Shown here: positions 31,128 to 40,853 of the stretch, one piece after another | Position numbering within the stretch: position 1 is the first letter of the stretch | Layout of the letters: every line of letters begins with the position of its first letter | DNA from: a virus | Virus record (IMG/VR): IMGVR_UViG_3300020392_000011 | Coordinates: 4,634 to 68,633 of that record | DNA length: 64,000 nt | Reading direction: 5' to 3' (one strand) | Made by a program: the position numbers and the translations under genes | Notes under the pieces: generated by a model | Databases searched by the model: none | Told to the model about the DNA's origin: nothing | What the model saw: only the letters and a program-made list of their open reading frames with translations

Positions 31128-32185
31128 AGGTAGCAATAATAAACGACACACATTGTGGTGTCAGAAATTCTAGTGACATATTCTTAAAATACCAGGAAAG
31201 ATTCTATGAAGAGATATTCTTTCCATATTTAAAAGAACATAACATCACACAGATATTACATTTAGGAGATTATTATGAACATCGTAAGTTCGTTAATTTT
31301 AAAGCTCTCAACCAAAATAGAAAACATTTTCTCGAACCCTTACGGGATGCTGGGATTTCTATGGATATTATTCCTGGTAATCACGATGTTTATTTTAAGA
31401 ACACAAACGAACTTTGCAGTTTAAAAGAATTACTTGGTTACTTTACCTCAAATGTAAATATTATAATGAAGCCTAAAGTATTAGATTACGATGGCTGTAA
31501 AGTCGCAGTAATACCTTGGATTAATAATAGCAATTACCAAGAGTATACAGACTGGGCAATGAAATGTAATGCATCTATTCTTGGAGCTCACCTAGAGCTA
31601 AAAGGATTTGATATGATGGCAGGAGTACCTAATGCTCATGGTATGAGTGCTGATGTATTTTCAAGGTTTGAAATGGTTCTATCGGGGCACTTTCATACCA
31701 AATCACATAGGGATAATGTTCATTACCTTGGTGCTCAATTTGAGTTTACCTGGGCTGATGTAGATGACCCTAAGTATTTTCATATATTAGATACTGAAAC
31801 AAGAGAAATTACGCCAGTGCGTAATCCAATCACAATGTTTAAGAAAGTAATATATGACGATAAAAAAGTTAATTACGATGAAGTCGATGTATCTCAATTT
31901 GAGAATAAATTCATTAAATTAATTGTAATAAATAAAAACGACCTTTACATGTTTGATAAATTTGTAGATAGATTACAAAGCGTTAATACATACGAACTAA
32001 AAATAGCTGAAAGCTTTGAAGAGTATTTAGGTGATAGCGTAGAAGACGAGAAAATTTCACTAGAAGACACTACTCATTTATTAGATTCCTATGTTGAAGC
32101 GGTTGAAACAGATTTAGATAAAGAGCATATTAAGGTTGAATTGAGAAAGCTCTATACAGAAGCTCAAAATTTAGAGGTAGTATGA
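31124..32185 (+). CDS. gp47: Recombination endonuclease subunit (Mre11/SbcD-like)
   Basis: DTHCG, HLGD, GNHD, SGHFH. Confidence 0.95.
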   Translation: MKVAIINDTHCGVRNSSDIFLKYQERFYEEIFFPYLKEHNITQILHLGDYYEHRKFVNFKALNQNRKHFLEPLRDAGISMDIIPGNHDVYFKNTNELCSLKELLGYFTSNVNIIMKPKVLDYDGCKVAVIPWINNSNYQEYTDWAMKCNASILGAHLELKGFDMMAGVPNAHGMSADVFSRFEMVLSGHFHTKSHRDNVHYLGAQFEFTWADVDDPKYFHILDTETREITPVRNPITMFKKVIYDDKKVNYDEVDVSQFENKFIKLIVINKNDLYMFDKFVDRLQSVNTYELKIAESFEEYLGDSVEDEKISLEDTTHLLDSYVEAVETDLDKEHIKVELRKLYTEAQNLEVV

Positions 32186-32355
32186 TGGAAGGAATTATTA
32201 TTATACCAATAATATGGGTCGTAATGATTACATTATATCTTTTTCTAACTAAAAATTTAGAAGGCACTAAAGGTATAGAAAAAGAACAATATTATGGAAG
32301 AAAAACAGGTACTAAGTATACCGCAAAAGAAAGTAGGAAAGACTATATAGTATGA
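32182..32355 (+). CDS. Small membrane protein (57 aa)
   Basis: MMEGIIIIPIIWVVMITLYLFL; overlaps the gp47 stop and gp46 start; not in the ORF track. Confidence 0.6.
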   Translation: MMEGIIIIPIIWVVMITLYLFLTKNLEGTKGIEKEQYYGRKTGTKYTAKESRKDYIV

Positions 32356-34067
32356 TACATTTTAAATCCGTTTCCTGGAAGAATTTTTTATCTACGGGAA
32401 ACGACCCTATAACGATAAATTTATCTAAATCACCAACAACATTAATCGTAGGTCAAAATGGAGCTGGTAAATCAACTTTACTTGATGCTTTATCATTTGG
32501 CTTATTTGGCAAACCACATAGAGACATTAATAAAAAGCAATTAATGAATTCTATTAATAGAAAAGCTACAGAGGTTATAGTAGAATTTGATATTGGTGGT
32601 TCACAATTTAAAATTGTTAGAGGTATAAAACCAACTAAATTTGAAATATGGCAAAATGGTAATATGATTAACCAAGCATCTAATGTAAGGGATTACCAAA
32701 AGTTTTTAGAAAGTAACATTTTAAAACTAAACCATAAGTCATTTCACCAAGTAGTTGTATTAGGAAGTAGTTCCTTTATACCATTTATGCAATTACCAGC
32801 TTGGTCACGAAGGCAAGTAATTGAAGACCTATTAGATATTAATATATTTAGTAAGATGAATCAATTACTAAAAGAGCGTAATGCAAAAATACGAGAAGAT
32901 TTAGTTGATATTAATCACAATATTGATTTATTTAAAGCTAAGATTGATGGCCAATCTAAATATATTAAAGATTTACAATCTCTAAACGAAGAACAAATAG
33001 ATAAGAAAAGAGAATCTATCGAAGTTTATAAAACCGACATTAAAGAAATATTTGAAGAATCAAAAGATTTAGGAAAAAATCTTACAACTCTTATTTCTGG
33101 CGAAGAAAAAAATTATAAATTCTTTAACGATAAAATGTCAGATATGAAAGCATACGATAAAGACTTTAATAATAAAATTAATGCACTTGTTGCTGATGCT
33201 AGGTTCTTTGAAGAAAACGACAATTGTCCTACATGCGACCAAGAAATATCTGACTATATTAAAGCTGAAAAGTTAGGCGGATTAAAAGAACAAGCTAAAC
33301 ACGTACAAGATCAAAAAACTCAGTTATTAAAAGAAGTAAATACCTTAGAAAAAGAAGGTAAAGAAATCTTAAATAGTTTAAATCAATTAAGACAAAAGCA
33401 AACAAAGATTAATTCTAATAACGAAAAGATTGCTGTATTGCAAAAAGAAGTTGGTAAAACTCAAAAGGAAATAGACAATTTACAAAACCAAAGTGGAGAT
33501 GTTAAAACTGCTAAAAAAGAAATGACATCACTGCGTAAGAAAAAAGATACTGCTACAGAAAAGAAATTAGCCTATGTAGAAGAACGAACTTATAATGAAG
33601 TTATAGGCGAAATGTTAAAAGATACGGGTATAAAGACGAAAGTAATTAAACAATACCTACCAGTTATGAATCGTCTTATTAATCAGTATCTGCAAGTATT
33701 GGACTTCTTTGTAGCATTCCATTTAGACGAAAACTTTGCTGAAACAATTAGATCAAGACATAGAGACACATTTAATTATGCATCATTTAGTGAAGGCGAA
33801 AAACAAAGGATTGATTTAGCATTACTCTTTACATGGAGACAAATAGCTAAAATGAAAAATAGTGCATCGACTAATCTATTAGTATTAGACGAAACATTTG
33901 ATTCAAGTTTAGATATGGACGGTATTGATAACCTTACAAAAATATTGGATACGCTAGAAGATGGTTCTAATGTATTCATCATATCTCATAAAGGCGATGT
34001 ATTAGAGAATAAATTTAGAAGTAAAATAGAGTTCTTTAAAGATAGAAACTTTTCAAAGATTAGGTAA
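32352..34067 (+). CDS. gp46: Recombination endonuclease ATPase subunit (Rad50/SbcC-like)
   Basis: GQNGAGKST, CPTC zinc hook, FSEGEK signature, LDETFD. Confidence 0.96.
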   Translation: MIHFKSVSWKNFLSTGNDPITINLSKSPTTLIVGQNGAGKSTLLDALSFGLFGKPHRDINKKQLMNSINRKATEVIVEFDIGGSQFKIVRGIKPTKFEIWQNGNMINQASNVRDYQKFLESNILKLNHKSFHQVVVLGSSSFIPFMQLPAWSRRQVIEDLLDINIFSKMNQLLKERNAKIREDLVDINHNIDLFKAKIDGQSKYIKDLQSLNEEQIDKKRESIEVYKTDIKEIFEESKDLGKNLTTLISGEEKNYKFFNDKMSDMKAYDKDFNNKINALVADARFFEENDNCPTCDQEISDYIKAEKLGGLKEQAKHVQDQKTQLLKEVNTLEKEGKEILNSLNQLRQKQTKINSNNEKIAVLQKEVGKTQKEIDNLQNQSGDVKTAKKEMTSLRKKKDTATEKKLAYVEERTYNEVIGEMLKDTGIKTKVIKQYLPVMNRLINQYLQVLDFFVAFHLDENFAETIRSRHRDTFNYASFSEGEKQRIDLALLFTWRQIAKMKNSASTNLLVLDETFDSSLDMDGIDNLTKILDTLEDGSNVFIISHKGDVLENKFRSKIEFFKDRNFSKIR

Positions 34068-34143
34068 GGGGCTGTAGCTCAGTTGGGAGAGCATCTGCTT
34101 TGCACGCAGAGGGTCGTAAGTTCGAATCTTATCAGCTCCACCA
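34068..34143 (+). tRNA. tRNA-Ala (anticodon UGC)
   Basis: 76-nt cloverleaf; GGGGCTG/CAGCTCC acceptor stem with the G3:U70 Ala identity pair; TTCGAAT T-loop; encoded CCA. Confidence 0.97.
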
Positions 34144-34150
34144 GTCACGG

Positions 34151-34206
34151 AACATGCATGTTTTTTGCAGAAAACACTGTACAAATCAACTGAGACCTGG
34201 TACAAT
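34151..34206 (+). promoter_or_regulatory. Promoter subclass with AACATGCATGTT palindrome + TGTACA-N17-TACAAT
   Basis: Same architecture and spacing at 36407-36462 and 57744-57799. Confidence 0.8.
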
Positions 34207-34235
34207 ACATATATAAATTAATAAAGGAGTGAATT

Positions 34236-36407
34236 ATTAATACACAAATAGCAAAATTACTAGCAAAAGAAAATGTAACAGTTAAAACTGGTAACTATTC
34301 TACTGCTTGGTTCGACATTAAAAACAGAGTTTTAGGTTTACCAGCTTGGAAAGATAAAGGTAAAGACGTTACTGATCTACTTATTGGTCACGAAGTTGGC
34401 CACGCACTATACACACCATTTGAAGGTTGGCACGATAGCCCTGAAAAATTAGAAGGTTGTCCAAGGTCATACATTAATGTTGTAGAAGATGCTAGAATTG
34501 AAAAGAAAATTAGAAGAGACTATCCTGGTCTTATAGGTCCAATGTTAAGAGGCTACAAAGTTTTAGTAGCTGATAAGTTTTTCGGTAATGTCGATAATAT
34601 TGATTGGGACCAAGTAAAATTAATAGATAAAATTAATCTAGAAGCTAAAATTGGTAATTTGGTAGATGTACCATTTAATGACGAAGAAAAAGCTTTATTT
34701 CTAAAAACTATGCACACAGAAGAATTTTCAGAAGTTCTAGATGTAGTTAGAGAAATCCTTGCATACTCAAAAGATAAACAAGAAGACTTAATGAATCCAC
34801 CAAAAATGCCAGACTTTGATGATACAGAAAATGATGATAATGAAGACCCAACATCTAATATGGGTCACGATGATATGGAGGCAAAAGATGGTGAAGATGA
34901 ACAACAGCAAAACTCAGGTAACCAATCCGGTGATGATAATGAAACTGAGGAAGATGAAGAGCAAACAATTATTAGCACAAACCCAGAACACTCAGACGAA
35001 GATTTTTCCGTCACTGATAGAATTTTTAGAAATATGGAAAAAACTTTAATCCCTGAGTCGTCAGAGTTTCATTATGGTAATGAAATTAAAGGTTGGAAAA
35101 AACATGTAGTTGATCATGATACTCTTATGAAAAAAAGAGAAATTCATTTTAATAAGCAATTTAATATGTATAGTCCAGAAAGTCATTGGGTCGAAGAAAA
35201 TTTTGTAAACCAAATGCCTTTAAAGCATAATCAAGAAGTTGAGTTTATAGATTATATTAAAAGAGCTAAAAAGGCTATTCAACCTGCAGTAAAAGAATTT
35301 GAGCAGAAAAAAGCTGCACACAGATGGATGCATGCATCTACAGCTAAAACGGGTAGATTAGATGTTAATAAATTACATAACTATAAATTAACTGAGGATA
35401 TATTCCTTAAAACTACACGACTAGCAGATGATAAAAACCATGGAATGTTTATGTTAATAGATTATTCTGGGTCAATGTCTTATCAGTTAAGTCCAGTTTT
35501 AGAGCAAGTTATACACAGTATTTTATTCTGTAAAGCTGTAAATATTCCATTTGATGTATATTCATTTAGTACAAACTGTTGGGATGCTCAAAGAGAATTC
35601 TCTGATGGTGATATACAAATGGATGACTTATCTATGTGTCAATTAATACACAGTGGTCTTAAAAAGAAAGAATTAGAAAATGCTTTAAAATGGTTATATG
35701 CTAGAACAGACCATGCTAGAGGTTGTACTAATGATTGGATTAAATGCAAAGAAGAAGACTGGGGTTCAACACCTTTAAATCAAGCATTAATTATTTCACA
35801 TAAACTAATTAAACAATTTAGAAATAAACATAACATAGAAAAAGTTACATTACTTTCTATTACTGATGGAGACACCAACAGATTAAGAGTAGTAGACGAT
35901 AGAAAAATAGAAAAAATAGATACAGCTCATTGGGATAGCCAAATTAAAATAAATCTTGATGGACAAAATCTAGCTATATGGGGTGGAAGAAAAGGAACCA
36001 AAACTTTATACGAAAACTTAAGAAATAGATATGATGTAAATGTTATGGGATTCTTTGTAGCAGATTGCAATAGCCAATTCAGAAGAAAAATACATGATGC
36101 ATACTGTGACCAAGTAGGAAGAGAAGTTTTTGAATGTGATTATGATTACGAAGAGTTTAGAAAAGCTAAGGTAAAAGAAAATACAAAAAACAGATGTATA
36201 GAATTTAAAGATACTTTAGGTTATAATAATTTCTTCCTGGTAAAAGGAACCAGCTTTAACATTGAAGATGAAGAGCTAGATAACTTTATTGATACAGATG
36301 AAGAAGTTACCGACTCACAAATAAAATCAGCTTTTAGAAAAATGGCTAAAAACAAAAAGACAAATAAGAATTTAATGACAAAATTTGGAGAAGCAGTAGC
36401 ATCATAA
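34236..36407 (+). CDS. HExxH metallopeptidase-like + VWA domain protein (CobT-like partner of MoxR ATPase); probable ATT start
   Basis: Frame open from 34233 (IINTQIAKLLAKENVTV...HEVGHAL...NVVEDARIE); MIDAS motif DYSGS, STPL, ITDG. The ORF-track start at 34542 omits the peptidase motif. Confidence 0.8.
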   Translation: MNTQIAKLLAKENVTVKTGNYSTAWFDIKNRVLGLPAWKDKGKDVTDLLIGHEVGHALYTPFEGWHDSPEKLEGCPRSYINVVEDARIEKKIRRDYPGLIGPMLRGYKVLVADKFFGNVDNIDWDQVKLIDKINLEAKIGNLVDVPFNDEEKALFLKTMHTEEFSEVLDVVREILAYSKDKQEDLMNPPKMPDFDDTENDDNEDPTSNMGHDDMEAKDGEDEQQQNSGNQSGDDNETEEDEEQTIISTNPEHSDEDFSVTDRIFRNMEKTLIPESSEFHYGNEIKGWKKHVVDHDTLMKKREIHFNKQFNMYSPESHWVEENFVNQMPLKHNQEVEFIDYIKRAKKAIQPAVKEFEQKKAAHRWMHASTAKTGRLDVNKLHNYKLTEDIFLKTTRLADDKNHGMFMLIDYSGSMSYQLSPVLEQVIHSILFCKAVNIPFDVYSFSTNCWDAQREFSDGDIQMDDLSMCQLIHSGLKKKELENALKWLYARTDHARGCTNDWIKCKEEDWGSTPLNQALIISHKLIKQFRNKHNIEKVTLLSITDGDTNRLRVVDDRKIEKIDTAHWDSQIKINLDGQNLAIWGGRKGTKTLYENLRNRYDVNVMGFFVADCNSQFRRKIHDAYCDQVGREVFECDYDYEEFRKAKVKENTKNRCIEFKDTLGYNNFFLVKGTSFNIEDEELDNFIDTDEEVTDSQIKSAFRKMAKNKKTNKNLMTKFGEAVAS

Positions 36408-36462
36408 ACATGCATGTTCCTGCAAATAAACACTGTACATTTGGTCTTAAACCTGGTACAAT
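36407..36462 (+). promoter_or_regulatory. Promoter subclass with palindrome, for the MoxR gene
   Basis: AACATGCATGTT...TGTACA-N17-TACAAT, then RBS AAAGGAGTGA. Confidence 0.8.
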
Positions 36463-36498
36463 ACAACTATAAATTATTAAAAGGAGTGAATTTATATT

Positions 36499-37623
36499 AT
36501 GATAAACGTGAATACTAAGAACATTGTAGAAAAATTGGTGAGTAATAATCCCGATACATCTATATTCAGAAAGGCAACAATTGTCGATACTGCAAAATCT
36601 TTAGGTTTTGCTAAAAGAGATTGGATGCCATTATTAAAAACTAAAGGCGAGGTCAGAGGTCAATATGACTTATCTGCTGTAATCTTACCTTTAAGGCAAG
36701 AATCCCATGCGAATAATACTACCCTAAGTATGCAATCAATTGTAAATAAGGAAAAATCCTTTGCTTCAGTTGATAAAACATTCGTACCTTGGGGCTCATT
36801 TAAAGATATTAGTAAAGTAATATCTTCAGAGATGTTTTATCCAATATACATATCTGGTCTATCAGGTAATGGTAAAACATTTATGGTTGAACAATCATGT
36901 GCTAAACTCAATAGAGAGTTTATTAGAGTACAAATAAATCCGGAGACAGACGAAGATGATTTACTCGGAGGTTTTAGACTTATTGATGGAGAAACTGTAT
37001 TCGCTAAAGGCCCAGTTCTTAAAGCGATGGAAAACGGTGCAATTCTACTTCTCGATGAGATTGATAGAGCTACAAATAAAATTATGTGTCTGCAAGGCAT
37101 ATTGGAAGGTAAACCTGTACTTGTTAAGAAAACAGGTGAAACAATATCTCCAGCACCTGGCTTCAATGTTATAGCAACAGCTAATACAAAAGGTAAAGGT
37201 TCAGACGATGGTAGATTTACTGCAGCTTCAATTATTGACGAAGCATTCCTAGAAAGATTTACTATATCTATCGACCAAAAGTTTCCTTCTAAAAAGATTG
37301 AAACTAAAATAGTAGAAAAGCACATGGATAAATTTGGAACACAAGATCCAGAGTTTGCTGATAAACTAACAACATGGGCTGATATTATCAGAAAAACATT
37401 TGATGATGACGGAGTTGATGAAGTAATTTCAACTAGAAGATTATGTCACATTGTACAATCTTACGCTATCTTTAAAAATAGATTAAAAGCAATAGATTTA
37501 TGTATCACAAGATTTGATGATGATACTAAGGAAGCATTCCTAGACTTATACACTAAAGTAGATTCCGGAGTTCTAGTCCATGAAGAAGAAACAACTGTAA
37601 CGGAGAATAATAATGAAGAATAA
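36499..37623 (+). CDS. MoxR/CobS-like AAA+ ATPase
   Basis: GLSGNGKT, LLLDEID, ATANTKGKG, AFLERF, ISTRRL. Confidence 0.9.
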   Translation: MINVNTKNIVEKLVSNNPDTSIFRKATIVDTAKSLGFAKRDWMPLLKTKGEVRGQYDLSAVILPLRQESHANNTTLSMQSIVNKEKSFASVDKTFVPWGSFKDISKVISSEMFYPIYISGLSGNGKTFMVEQSCAKLNREFIRVQINPETDEDDLLGGFRLIDGETVFAKGPVLKAMENGAILLLDEIDRATNKIMCLQGILEGKPVLVKKTGETISPAPGFNVIATANTKGKGSDDGRFTAASIIDEAFLERFTISIDQKFPSKKIETKIVEKHMDKFGTQDPEFADKLTTWADIIRKTFDDDGVDEVISTRRLCHIVQSYAIFKNRLKAIDLCITRFDDDTKEAFLDLYTKVDSGVLVHEEETTVTENNNEE

Positions 37624-38242
37624 TATTATTCATACCACAGATTGGATTACTGCTGAAGAAGTACCAACAATGTCAATGCCATTATATAAAGATTTATTTA
37701 CACAATATGGTAAGTATACAGGAACATCAGATCCCTATGGTAATAGCCTACATGGTTGTTACCAATGGGCTCACTCCAAAGACATAGAAGCTATTGGAGA
37801 GGACTTAATTCATAAAGATATTGGCTATATAGGCACAGCTAAAAGAGATATAGTCGGTAGAACAAGAGCAGTTATTTTACCAGCTGGAAGACATCCAGTT
37901 AAAATGGCAATATCAGCTGGCGATATCGCATTAGAAGATTTAAGAGTAAGATACTTAATTACATCTTCAGATCCAGATAGTGTCGAAGCTAAACACGGTT
38001 CTAAACTAGAGAAATATCTACACGAAAACATGGATAAAAAGTTTGGATATAGATACAAATGGTTAAATGCACAACTAAGTAATGATAATAAACATAATTA
38101 TGTGTTACAAAATTGGAGAGAACTAACGTTCGAGCAGGCAGAAAAGATTTTGCCAGAAGTAATAGCAATAACAAAGCAACTCGGAGCCGAATATATTGAT
38201 GCTAGAGTTGATGCAATAGTAAATGGAGACAATATTGAGTAA
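37613..38242 (+). CDS. Hypothetical protein, possibly GIY-YIG nuclease-like
   Basis: GCYQW...GYIGTAK...R...LE pattern. Confidence 0.4.
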   Translation: MKNNIIHTTDWITAEEVPTMSMPLYKDLFTQYGKYTGTSDPYGNSLHGCYQWAHSKDIEAIGEDLIHKDIGYIGTAKRDIVGRTRAVILPAGRHPVKMAISAGDIALEDLRVRYLITSSDPDSVEAKHGSKLEKYLHENMDKKFGYRYKWLNAQLSNDNKHNYVLQNWRELTFEQAEKILPEVIAITKQLGAEYIDARVDAIVNGDNIE

Positions 38243-38525
38243 AATTAATTATAAGTTTAATGAAGGAGATCTTATTAAAGAACTCCATAATTATATTGAT
38301 AGCACTTACGATAGTCATTATAGTCGTAATAAATTTCAATCTACTGAGTTTATTAATGACTGTGGCCATGGTATGGGCTTCGCAATTGGTAATGTATTGA
38401 AATACGCACAAAGGTATGGACGTAAAGGTAACTCTGTAGATGCAAGAAAAGATCTACAGAAAGTTTTACACTATGCTATAATTGCTCTTTCAATCCATGA
38501 TAGTGAAAATAATCCTGTACAATAA
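38223..38525 (+). CDS. DUF3310-family protein (T7 gp1.7/SaV-like, putative nucleotide kinase)
   Basis: HY, GFAIGNVLKYAQRYGRKG, DLQKVLHY; true start may be the TTG at 38235. Confidence 0.7.
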   Translation: METILSKINYKFNEGDLIKELHNYIDSTYDSHYSRNKFQSTEFINDCGHGMGFAIGNVLKYAQRYGRKGNSVDARKDLQKVLHYAIIALSIHDSENNPVQ

Positions 38526-38544
38526 CAGGCATATATGGTATAAT
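38516..38544 (+). promoter_or_regulatory. Early/middle promoter for gp45
   Basis: TGTACA-N17-TATAAT. Confidence 0.8.
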
Positions 38545-38569
38545 ATATGATATTAAAAAAGGAAATAAT

Positions 38570-39241
38570 ATGCAATTAAGTAATGAAACGATAAATGTAT
38601 TAAAGAACTTTGCAACGGTTAATCCAAACGTTGTGTTTAAGCCTGGTCAGAAACTAAAAACTATCTCGGAAGCCAAGACAATTTTAGCAAGTGCAGAAAT
38701 TGTAGAGGACTTTCCAGTAGAGTTTGGTATCTATGACCTAAACGAATTTCTTTCAGTATATAATCTTATTGAAAATCCAGTATTAAGCTTTGAAGACAAG
38801 TCACTTCTTATCTCTGGCTCAGGACAAAAAATAAGATATTACTTTTCTGAAACAGAAATTTTAACTCAACCTTCAAAAGATATTACAATGCCTGACTGTG
38901 AAGTTGGTATTAATATAACTGATGAGCAATTAAAATCTTTAAAACAAGCTAGTGCTGTGTTAGGTCACAGTGATTTAGCAATTACCGGAACTAACGGTAA
39001 TGTAGTTGCAAAAGTATTTGACGAAAAAGATTCGACCTCAAATACTTTTGAAATGGAACTTGACAGAGATAACGCATGTAAGGAAGACTTTAACTTTGTG
39101 GTAAATATGCCAAACTTAAAGTTATTACCTGGCGATTACTTTGTTAACATTTCTTCAAAGCTAATATCTAATTGGACAAATAACGACTATCCAATAGATT
39201 ATTTCATAGCTTTAGAGAAATCAAGCACTTTTGCTGTATAA
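38570..39241 (+). CDS. gp45: Sliding clamp
   Basis: MQLSNETINVLKNFATVN, FGIYDLNEFL, YFIALE. Confidence 0.96.
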   Translation: MQLSNETINVLKNFATVNPNVVFKPGQKLKTISEAKTILASAEIVEDFPVEFGIYDLNEFLSVYNLIENPVLSFEDKSLLISGSGQKIRYYFSETEILTQPSKDITMPDCEVGINITDEQLKSLKQASAVLGHSDLAITGTNGNVVAKVFDEKDSTSNTFEMELDRDNACKEDFNFVVNMPNLKLLPGDYFVNISSKLISNWTNNDYPIDYFIALEKSSTFAV

Positions 39242-39249
39242 ATAATATG

Positions 39250-39337
39250 GCAGAAAGTATTCTCATAAATTATGAGGATAACATGAAAGATGCTACATGG
39301 GGTAGGTCTTTCAAGATTAGTCTACTTTGCAAAGGAG
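39250..39337 (+). ncRNA. Structured 5' leader (multi-stem junction) of a late transcript
   Basis: Stems AAAGTA/TACTTT, TATTCTCAT/ATGAGGATA, TGAAAGAT..CTAC/GTAG..GTCTTTCA between the late promoter at 39237 and the AAGGAG RBS. Confidence 0.5.
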
Positions 39338-39343
39338 AAGAAA

Positions 39344-39622
39344 ATGACTGAAGAAGTAAAAGGTATGGAGCAACCAGAAACTCCACAACTCGGTCTTAAT
39401 GACATCGCGACTATGGTACAAATCATTGATTTAGTATCAAGACGTGGCGGATTTGAAGGTCCAGAGCTAGAAGCAGTTGGTGGCATGAGGTCACGAATTG
39501 TAACTTTTCTTCAAGCAGCACAAGACGCACAAGGTCAACAAGGGGAAGGACAACTTCCAGTTGACGGAGTAGCTGAAGTGGATGCAGAAGCAGAAGTTGA
39601 TGTCGTCTTAGACGACGAATAA
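39344..39622 (+). CDS. Hypothetical protein (92 aa, acidic tail)
   Basis: ATG after AAAGGAG; the ORF-track start at 39290 lies inside the structured leader. Confidence 0.75.
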   Translation: MTEEVKGMEQPETPQLGLNDIATMVQIIDLVSRRGGFEGPELEAVGGMRSRIVTFLQAAQDAQGQQGEGQLPVDGVAEVDAEAEVDVVLDDE

Positions 39623-39625
39623 TAC

Positions 39626-39652
39626 AAGGGGGAGCAATTCCCCCTTTATTTT
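39626..39652 (+). terminator. Rho-independent terminator
   Basis: AAGGGGGA-GCAAT-TCCCCCTT followed by a T-rich tail. Confidence 0.85.
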
Positions 39653-39664
39653 ATAGGATATATT

Positions 39665-39925
39665 ATGGAACTAAATGAAAAACAACAATTATTAACAGCA
39701 CTTAAGAATGGAACCGTTACGGTAACATTTCAAAAAATAGGCACAGGCGAAATCAGAGTTATGCCTTGTACCCTTAACCCAACAGTATTGAAAGCAGAAG
39801 GCGTAGATGTCACATTAGATATGAATGCTGACTCAGATAACTTTGCTGTATGGTCACTAGACAAAACAGCATGGAGAAGTTTTGTATTAGATACTGTAAA
39901 AGGATGGGAGGTTCTAGGTGAATGA
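39665..39925 (+). CDS. WYL_2 / DUF2693-like SH3-fold protein
   Basis: VTVTFQKIGTGEIRVMPCTL...VWSLDKTAWRSF. Confidence 0.75.
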   Translation: MELNEKQQLLTALKNGTVTVTFQKIGTGEIRVMPCTLNPTVLKAEGVDVTLDMNADSDNFAVWSLDKTAWRSFVLDTVKGWEVLGE

Positions 39926-40853
39926 ATTTCTATGGGTTGAAAAATACCGACCAAAAACAATAGATGACTGTGTATTACCTGCACATATAAAAACTACCTT
40001 TAAGCAAATTGTTAACGGAGGTGAATTACACAATATGCTTTTGACTGGCACAGCTGGTCTTGGTAAAACGACAGTTGCTAAAGCTTTATGTAACGAATTA
40101 GATTTAGATTATTTACTTATAAATGGTTCAGAAGAGTCAGGTATCGATACACTCAGAAATAAGATTAAGCAATTCGCTTCGTCGGTCTCACTCCAAGGAG
40201 GCTACAAAGTAGTTATCCTCGACGAAGCGGATTACCTTAATCCACAATCTACTCAGCCAGCACTTCGTGGTTTTATCGAAGAGTTTAGCGGTAATTGTAG
40301 ATTTATATTAACATGCAATTTTAAGAATAGAATTATTGAGCCATTGCATTCAAGATGCTCAGTAGTAGAATTCAACATTCCTAAAAAAGAATCAGAACGC
40401 TTATGCTCTGTTATGATGGCTCGTTTAATGCTTATATTAGATGACGAAGGAATTAAATACGAAACTAAAGTATTGGCTGAGCTTATAATGAAGTATATGC
40501 CAGACTGGCGTAGAGTAATAAACGAATTGCAAAGATATAGCACATCGGGTGTTATAGATTCTGGTATATTAGTTTCATTAAGCGATATATCAGTAAATGA
40601 ATTAATGAGTTCTTTAAAAATAAAGGACTTTAAAAAGATGCGACAATGGGTTGCTGATAATATAGACTCAGATCCTGCATCTTTATTTAGAAAATTATAC
40701 GATAATATGAATGAGTATGTTGTGCCAGAAAGCATACCGCAAATGGTTCTTATACTTGCAGATTATCAGTACAAAAATAGCTTTGTTTCAGACCATGAGC
40801 TCAATTTAGTAGCTTGTTGTACTGAACTTATGGCAGGAGTTAAATTCAAATGA
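39918..40853 (+). CDS. gp44: Clamp loader large subunit
   Basis: LWVEKYRP, GTAGLGKTT, ILDEAD, SRC. Confidence 0.96.
   Translation: MNEFLWVEKYRPKTIDDCVLPAHIKTTFKQIVNGGELHNMLLTGTAGLGKTTVAKALCNELDLDYLLINGSEESGIDTLRNKIKQFASSVSLQGGYKVVILDEADYLNPQSTQPALRGFIEEFSGNCRFILTCNFKNRIIEPLHSRCSVVEFNIPKKESERLCSVMMARLMLILDDEGIKYETKVLAELIMKYMPDWRRVINELQRYSTSGVIDSGILVSLSDISVNELMSSLKIKDFKKMRQWVADNIDSDPASLFRKLYDNMNEYVVPESIPQMVLILADYQYKNSFVSDHELNLVACCTELMAGVKFK

Noticed and set aside
37114-37145. CCTGTACT promoter-like box inside the MoxR gene
   Set aside because: No -10 element at the 17-bp spacing.
34236-37623. Cobalamin biosynthesis (cobT/cobS)
   Set aside because: Generic VWA + MoxR pair common in T4-like phages; no CobN or other cob genes in the window.
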